Positions 25,134 to 30,618 of a stretch of 30,618 bases of DNA are shown piece after piece. The stretch's first letter is position 1. Each line of letters begins with the position of its first letter. A program made the position numbers and the translations under genes. The notes beneath the pieces were generated by a model. The model had not been told where the DNA came from. It saw only the letters and a program-made list of their open reading frames with translations, and ran no database searches. Source of the stretch: an uncultured Methanosarcinales archaeon (GTDB lineage Archaea > Nanobdellota > Nanobdellia > Woesearchaeales > ARS49); assembly GCA_964432255.1 (NCBI GenBank), contig CAYSMN010000003.1, positions 1 through 30,618 on the forward strand, read 5' to 3'.

Positions 25134-26594
25134 ATGGAAAAAAAGAGGCCGGATGTTTTCTCGGTTAGTGATTATGTCGCCTTGTTTTGCGCGGTTGTTC
25201 TTATTGTCGGTCTGATCCTGGGCATTTATGGAAAAGTACAATATTGGGTGACTGCTGCCGTCTTTCTTTTCTTCCTCTGCGTGTGGATTATATGGGGATT
25301 TTTCATGCAAAATACTAAGGACGCCTTAGTTACGTTTGTAATTTTCTCAATAGTATTTTTAACGCTGAGTTTTTCCGTGACTGAAAAAGGCATCCGCGTT
25401 GAGAATGACCGTTCTCGTATGGGTACTATTGGAAGTATATTCGTTCATAACACTTTTGCAGAAACACAATACAATATCGGCTCAGATAAGATGATTATCA
25501 ATGGCACATCTTATTCATCAAAGCCCCCGATGCTTTCATTTCTTGGAGCAGGTGTGTTAGGCGTAATGGCTAAAGTCAGGGATTATTATGGAAAGCCAAC
25601 TGACCCCAACGGGACGTATGAATATTATTGGTTGGTTCTTTTTCTGATAGCGCTTCCATCCGCATTAGCCGCAGTAGTGTTTTACAAGCTATTGAAATAC
25701 GCCGAAATTCATGAATTTTACCGTTATGTGTTGGTTTTTGCATTTATTTTCGGAACGCTGATGTTCAGTTTTAGTTCAGTTCTTAATAATCATACAGTCG
25801 CTGCAGCTTGCGTGCTTGCAGGTTTCTATTTTTTCTTTTGTGCGCGTTTTGACCAATCATGGAGATCCGCTGTGGCGAGTGGCTTTTTCTTTTCTCTCGC
25901 AACTACCATTGAGCCGCAAAGCGGTGTCTGGTTTGTCCTGTTTCCTGGATTGTTTCTCATTAGGCGCAAGTACAAATTGTGCCTGCTGTATGCTTTAGGC
26001 GCATTGCTGCCTTTAATCTTTCATTTCCCTCTTCAGTATCAGATAACGGGCAATATGCTGCCGGCGCAATTCCAGAGCAATGAAGTACTCATCTGGGAGG
26101 GCTCGCCATGGCCTGAGGTCTTCGTCCGTATTAGCAAATATACATGGTGGGAGAAAGTATGGGATACAACATTTGGTGCATGGGGTCTGTTCACTTACAC
26201 TCCTATATTTTTATTTTCTTTTTGGGGTCTGTTTGCTGAGCTAAAGCGACGAAAAAACAAATTCTGGTGGGAGGCATTAGTCACGTTGCTTGGGATAGTG
26301 TTCTTTATTTTCTATTATTATTCGCATTTAGTAAAGGATTATGGAGGTCCCGGATGGGGTTTCCGCTGGTATATTCATTTTATTCCATTGTTGTTCTTCT
26401 TTACTGCGAATTTATTTGTTGGAAGGGATCGTTTGACATGGGGCAATGCAATCTTTTTGGTCGTGTTCTTGTTAATCGTGGCATATTCTGTGTATGTGGC
26501 GCATCTGGGAACAATTTATGCGTGGGAATTCGGTAATCGCCCCGTCCCTGCATATTTGGACTTTAGATGGGAAGCACAATATTACAGTAAATAG
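25134..26594 (+). CDS. Putative GT-C-like polytopic membrane protein
   Basis: ENDRSR, YSSKPPM, LNNH, FTYTPIF and GGPGWGFRWY; similar to 22094..23473. Confidence 0.65.
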   Translation: MEKKRPDVFSVSDYVALFCAVVLIVGLILGIYGKVQYWVTAAVFLFFLCVWIIWGFFMQNTKDALVTFVIFSIVFLTLSFSVTEKGIRVENDRSRMGTIGSIFVHNTFAETQYNIGSDKMIINGTSYSSKPPMLSFLGAGVLGVMAKVRDYYGKPTDPNGTYEYYWLVLFLIALPSALAAVVFYKLLKYAEIHEFYRYVLVFAFIFGTLMFSFSSVLNNHTVAAACVLAGFYFFFCARFDQSWRSAVASGFFFSLATTIEPQSGVWFVLFPGLFLIRRKYKLCLLYALGALLPLIFHFPLQYQITGNMLPAQFQSNEVLIWEGSPWPEVFVRISKYTWWEKVWDTTFGAWGLFTYTPIFLFSFWGLFAELKRRKNKFWWEALVTLLGIVFFIFYYYSHLVKDYGGPGWGFRWYIHFIPLLFFFTANLFVGRDRLTWGNAIFLVVFLLIVAYSVYVAHLGTIYAWEFGNRPVPAYLDFRWEAQYYSK

Positions 26595-26598
26595 AATT

Positions 26599-27735
26599 TT
26601 ATTTTATTTCCTGGATGATTTTTTCACAAAGGTGTTCCCATGACAGTTCCTTTTTCATGAGCGCGATGTTGTCTTTGAAGCGGTCTGGTGCTCCATCGCG
26701 GTAGAACGCTATAATTGCGCGTGCAATCTGTTCGCCATTGCGGGGCTTGACCAGATAGCCTGTCTTGTTGTTCTTTACAATGTCACCGAGACCGCCGACA
26801 TCAGTGGCAATGACGGGCTTGTCAAATGCATAGGCGATGTTAATCACGCCGGATTGCGATGCGGAAACGTATGGAGTGACAACGAGGTCTGCTGCTGAGA
26901 AATAAAAGGGGACATCTTCATTCGGGACGTAGTGATCAATTATCTTGACGTGATTCTTAATTCCCAGTTGTTCAATTTTATTCATATATTTTTGTTTTTT
27001 TTCAAAAAATTCGCCTACGATATAAAGGGTTACTGGTATTTTTTTAAGAACTGCTGGAAGCGCATCGAGCAGATAATCAAGGCCTTTGTAGGGTCTTACG
27101 AACCCGAAGAACAGCACTGCTTTATCCGTGATGTTTAATCTTTTCCTGGCAGCGGTTTTGCTGATTTTTTTGTAAAAAAGGTCATAAATGGGGTGGAAGA
27201 GTTTTTTGACAGACGCCTGGGGAACAATGTGTTTGACGCGCTGGTAGTCGTCTTGTGAGTGGACAACAAATAGGTCAATTTCATTGAAAATCAGCTTGAT
27301 AAGTAGGGGATCGAAAACAGTTTTTTCGTGCGGCAGGACTTCATGGCATATGGCAACAATCCTGCAGGGGTGTTTTTTTCGCAGCATTCTGAATAATGTA
27401 TAGAATGGTATTGAGAAATACGACATATGCCAGTGGAAAATGAGAACATCTGGCTTAAATTGTGCAATTGTTTTGGCCGTTTTTGCCCAGCTGAAGGGGT
27501 TGAGCGTGTCGAATATAAACTCTGCATGTCCGCGGAAGAAGTTTTTGCTGCGGACATCTTTTTGTGTTTTTCCTGGATAGAGCCAGTCCGGAAATGCGCG
27601 TGAATACGAGATGATTTGGGTCTGCGCTTTCTGTGCGAGGTGGTTGCACAATTCAGTGTTGTAATGAGAGATGCCTCCTTTGAATGGGCAGACCGGACCA
27701 AGGACAGTTATTCGTAGTTTCTTTTTACCAGGCAT
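26599..27735 (-). CDS. GT4 family (GT-B) glycosyltransferase
   Basis: GPVCPFKGGISHY, CHEVLPHE, LFFGFVRPYKGL, SQSGV and PVIATDVGGL. The start MPGKK at 27735 is chosen over the longer ORF-track start. Confidence 0.92.
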   Translation of the reverse strand: MPGKKKLRITVLGPVCPFKGGISHYNTELCNHLAQKAQTQIISYSRAFPDWLYPGKTQKDVRSKNFFRGHAEFIFDTLNPFSWAKTAKTIAQFKPDVLIFHWHMSYFSIPFYTLFRMLRKKHPCRIVAICHEVLPHEKTVFDPLLIKLIFNEIDLFVVHSQDDYQRVKHIVPQASVKKLFHPIYDLFYKKISKTAARKRLNITDKAVLFFGFVRPYKGLDYLLDALPAVLKKIPVTLYIVGEFFEKKQKYMNKIEQLGIKNHVKIIDHYVPNEDVPFYFSAADLVVTPYVSASQSGVINIAYAFDKPVIATDVGGLGDIVKNNKTGYLVKPRNGEQIARAIIAFYRDGAPDRFKDNIALMKKELSWEHLCEKIIQEIK

Positions 27736-27839
27736 TAAAATACCCCTTTGACTCTTCATAGTCTCAAAAAGGTTTCTTTTTAAAAAGTTAACGGCAGTTG
27801 TAGGAAAGCTTTTAATAGTGTGCAATTTATTTTTTTTGT

Positions 27840-28769
27840 ATGCTTTTAGTCACGGGGGGAACAGGTTTTATTGGCAGGCATCTTATTAAAAGGCTCGTTG
27901 ATGATGGTCATAAAATTATCTGCTTTGTTGATCCGGATGATAAGCGTGATAGATCTTTCCTTAATAAGCTCAAGGTTGATATCATCTATTGTGATATTAC
28001 GCGCAAAGCGAACGTGGTGAAGGGGTTTGATAAGTGCAAAGATGTTCAGGCAGTGATTCATCTTGCCGCTATCATAAAGCCAAGTCCCGGGCGCGATGAC
28101 AATGAGTTTATCGAGGTTAATGTTGACGGCACACGTTTTCTTGCAGAGGAATGTGAGAAGCGCGGAATTAAGCGTTTTGTCTTTTATAGCACGGATTTCG
28201 TTTTGTATGGATATCCGACTGTATATGGCGAAAGCAAAGCGAAAGCCGAGGAGATTTTGAGGAAGAGCTCGCTGGAGTATACAATCCTGCGCCCAACGCC
28301 AGTCTACGGTCCTGGAGATGATAAGAATTTTAATACGTTGTTTGAATTGGTGCGCAAGTTTCCGGTGCTCCCTTCAGTAAGGTGCGTTATGCAGCCGGTT
28401 AATGTCAGGGATGTTGTTGAGGCGACTGTTGCAGTGTTGAATAATGATAAGACGTACCGCAAGGAATACAATCTGGCCGGTGGTTCGGCAGTTTCTTTTG
28501 CACAGATTCTTCGGATTCTTGCCAGCGAAATGGGAAAGAGGCGTTTGATTGTTCCGGTTCCGGGAAAACTGATGCAGGCCACTGTGCGGTTGTATGAGCG
28601 TGTCGTGCCTCGTCCGGTTGTGCGTGATTATCAGATCAGCAAATGGCTGCTCAACAAGGAATTGTCTATCGAGGATAACAGAAACGATTTTGGGTATGCG
28701 CCTGTATCGTTTGAAGAGGGCATGCGTGAGACCATGCGGGTTATTGGAGTTTCTAAGCGTCAGGCATAA
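27840..28769 (+). CDS. NAD-dependent epimerase/dehydratase (extended SDR)
   Basis: VTGGTGFIG, IHLAA, NVDGT, YGESK, LRPTPVYGPGD and QPVNVRDV; TATA TTTTAATA at 27810-27817. Confidence 0.9.
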   Translation: MLLVTGGTGFIGRHLIKRLVDDGHKIICFVDPDDKRDRSFLNKLKVDIIYCDITRKANVVKGFDKCKDVQAVIHLAAIIKPSPGRDDNEFIEVNVDGTRFLAEECEKRGIKRFVFYSTDFVLYGYPTVYGESKAKAEEILRKSSLEYTILRPTPVYGPGDDKNFNTLFELVRKFPVLPSVRCVMQPVNVRDVVEATVAVLNNDKTYRKEYNLAGGSAVSFAQILRILASEMGKRRLIVPVPGKLMQATVRLYERVVPRPVVRDYQISKWLLNKELSIEDNRNDFGYAPVSFEEGMRETMRVIGVSKRQA

Positions 28770-28801
28770 ACTTTAAATGTTGTTGCATAAAACTTACACG
28801 T

Positions 28802-29530
28802 ATGGGGGCGCATAGTGTTGAAATTGTCATTCCAGTGTTGAATGAAGAGGAAGTTCTTGAAGATAATATTGTGCGGTTGCATGTTTTTTTGGCGAAAAAT
28901 TGCCCGATTCCCTGGCAAATAACTATTTTTAGCAATGGCTCGACTGATGGCACGGTGGCAATTGGAACACAATTAAGCAGGCGTTTTTCACGGGTGAATT
29001 TTAAGCACATTCCCGAAAAGGGCAAAGCAAAAACATACAAGCTCGCGTGGCCGTCAAGCAGGGCATCAATTGTTGGTTTTATGGATGCTGATTTGTCAAC
29101 CGAACTCGATGCGATTCCAAAATGTCTGGGCAGCATAATTCATGGCAAAGCGGATATTGTGATTGGCGACCGACATGCGTCAGCTGCGCTTATCGAGCGT
29201 TCATTGAAGCGGGAGATTTTATCTCGCGGGTACAATTTTCTGATTAAATCCCTGTTTCCAAAGACAAGAGTTCGCGATGCGCATTGCGGCTTTAAGTTTC
29301 TTAGAAAGTCGGTTGCGTGCTTGCTCCTGCCGCATATCAGGGATGACTGCTGGTTTTTTGATACTGAATTGTTGATGCTGGCAGAGCAGACCGGACACCG
29401 GATTGAGCAGGTTCCGGTCATGTGGGTTGAGCGAAAGGCGAGCAAGGTCAAGATAACGCGCGTTGTGACTGATTACTTTTTCAACCTGTTAAAGCTCCGC
29501 ATGCGATTGTGGCGTTTGCAGTACTTCTAA
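28802..29530 (+). CDS. GT2 polyprenol/dolichol-phosphate hexose synthase (DPM1/ALG5-like)
   Basis: IVIPVLNEE, NGSTDGT, FMDADLST, DAHCGFK, FFDTELL and VPVMWVE..ASKV; TATA TTTAAAT at 28772-28778. Confidence 0.88.
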   Translation: MGAHSVEIVIPVLNEEEVLEDNIVRLHVFLAKNCPIPWQITIFSNGSTDGTVAIGTQLSRRFSRVNFKHIPEKGKAKTYKLAWPSSRASIVGFMDADLSTELDAIPKCLGSIIHGKADIVIGDRHASAALIERSLKREILSRGYNFLIKSLFPKTRVRDAHCGFKFLRKSVACLLLPHIRDDCWFFDTELLMLAEQTGHRIEQVPVMWVERKASKVKITRVVTDYFFNLLKLRMRLWRLQYF

Positions 29531-29566
29531 GGCAGTTATCACGTTTCAATAGGTACGTAATATTTT

Positions 29567-29645
29567 TATAGTGCGCTTTTAAATAGATAGCGTTGCGTAG
29601 GAGACGCGCTTTAGTGGCGCTATCCCACAAAAAGGGGAAACAAGG
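29567..29645 (+). promoter_or_regulatory. Promoter and structured leader of giant surface protein 2
   Basis: TATAGTGCGC, TTTTAAAT at 29577-29584, stem GATAGCG/CGCTATC, and SD-like AAGGGGA before the GTG at 29646. Confidence 0.55.
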
Positions 29646-30618
29646 GTGAACAGTAAAGTTTGGTTTGTGGGAGTCCTGTTTTTATTAGTTTTTAGTACGC
29701 CCGTTATTGCTGGCGATGCTGATTCTGAAGGCTTTTTGGCATCAATTTGGCATGGCATCCAGAATTTCTTTGGTGGTTTTGGTATTACCGGTGCGCAGAC
29801 AATTGGAACAAATGGTATTTCTGTGCAGGCAACGTGTGGTAATGGTGTTTGGGAGCCTGGTGAGATTTGTGATGAGTCTGCTTCGCCTAATGGTTGTGAT
29901 GCGGGCAAGGTTTGTGATGTTTGTTATTATTGTAGAATTCCATGTGATCCTGCTAATGGTAATGCGGAGTGTCCTCCGGGTGAAACTTGTAAGGAATACG
30001 AGCCTGGTGAGTGGTCTTGTGGGGGTCCTATAGCTACTCCTACTCCGACTCCTACGGCTGCTGCGACTCCAACTCCTACTGCTACTCCTGAGCCAACTCC
30101 TACTCCGACTCCTACAGCCACTCCTACTCCTACTGCTACTCCTGAGCCAACTCCGACTCCTACTCCGACTGCGACGCCAACGCCTACTCCGACGCCAACT
30201 CCTACGCCTACTCCAACGCCAACTCCTACTCCGACAGCAACTCCTACGCCTACTCCGACTCCTACAGCCACACCAACTCCTACTCCTACTGCAACGCCGA
30301 CTCCTACTCCGACAGCAACTCCTACGCCTACTCCAACTCCAACCGCGACTCCTACTCCAACGCCAACTCCTACTCCTTCTCCGACTCCGACTGCTACGCC
30401 TACTCCAACTCCTACTCCTACTCCTTCTCCGACTCCGACTGCGACGCCAACACCAACTCCTACGCCAACTCCTACTGCTACTCCTACGCCTACCCCGACT
30501 CCTACTCCGACTCCAACACCAACTCCTACGCCAACTCCTACTGCTACTCCTACGCCTACCCCGACTCCAACCGCGACTCCTACTCCAACGCCAACTCCTA
30601 CTCCTTCTCCGACTCCGA
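29646..30618 (+). CDS. Paralogous Cys-rich/Pro-Thr surface protein, 3'-truncated by the window edge (not in the ORF track)
   Basis: Translated by hand from GTG: [84 protein letters not shown]...[14 protein letters not shown]..., with no stop before the end. The N-terminus aligns with the 7842 protein. Confidence 0.92.
   Translation, partial: MNSKVWFVGVLFLLVFSTPVIAGDADSEGFLASIWHGIQNFFGGFGITGAQTIGTNGISVQATCGNGVWEPGEICDESASPNGCDAGKVCDVCYYCRIPCDPANGNAECPPGETCKEYEPGEWSCGGPIATPTPTPTAAATPTPTATPEPTPTPTPTATPTPTATPEPTPTPTPTATPTPTPTPTPTPTPTPTPTPTATPTPTPTPTATPTPTPTATPTPTPTATPTPTPTPTATPTPTPTPTPSPTPTATPTPTPTPTPSPTPTATPTPTPTPTPTATPTPTPTPTPTPTPTPTPTPTATPTPTPTPTATPTPTPTPTPSPTP
30036..30618 (+). repeat. Long (Thr-Pro/Ala)n coding repeat
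   Basis: About 190 codons or more of TP/TA units, including exact internal duplications of 56 nt (30447 and 30513) and 55 nt (30336 and 30564). Confidence 0.95.

Noticed and set aside
27736-27825. N-terminal extension of GT4 (ORF-track start at 27825)
   Set aside because: It runs through the AT-rich divergent promoter region; the GT4 fold starts at MPGKKKLRITVLG, which has an SD-like AGGGGT upstream.
29927-30271. Minus-strand (Val-Gly)n ORF, plus ORFs 29579..29908 and 29707..30033
   Set aside because: Antisense or off-frame shadows of the surface protein starting at 29646.
30036-30618. Repeat tract as a CRISPR array or non-coding satellite
   Set aside because: There is no repeat-spacer alternation; variation falls at third codon positions of Thr/Pro codons, and no cas genes are present.

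Overview
Archaeal chromosomal window, most likely from a DPANN/Nanobdellota (Woesearchaeota-like) genome. The basis is an FtsZ2-type ftsZ, repeated archaeal TATA boxes 22-25 nt before start codons, and a secreted-protein leader style I associate with that group; the taxonomy is inference. Bases 1-6.8 kb hold housekeeping and accessory genes: ftsZ2 followed by two small proteins that look like degenerate GGDEF/nucleotidyl-cyclase domains, hisS, a DUF975-like membrane protein, DoxX, a metallo-beta-lactamase-fold protein, DUF1385 and small membrane ORFs. From 7.0 kb to the end is an apparently coherent cell-surface locus. A 2376-aa Cys-rich, Pro-Thr-repeat surface protein (two LamG domains, a serine-hydrolase domain, three C-terminal TM helices) and a paralog starting at 29646 (absent from the ORF track because it runs off the window) bracket a candidate lipid-linked glycosylation toolkit. 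That toolkit comprises an NDP-sugar nucleotidyltransferase, an SMR/EamA flippase-like protein, six GT-C-type membrane proteins (one a GT87-like/GT39 Pmt fusion), an FkbM methyltransferase, a GT4, an NAD-dependent epimerase and a GT2 polyprenol-phosphate-sugar synthase. The lead hypothesis is a dedicated protein O-glycosylation system for mucin-like giant adhesins. I found no rRNA, tRNA, CRISPR array or transposase. All family calls come from motif recognition by eye, with no database search.
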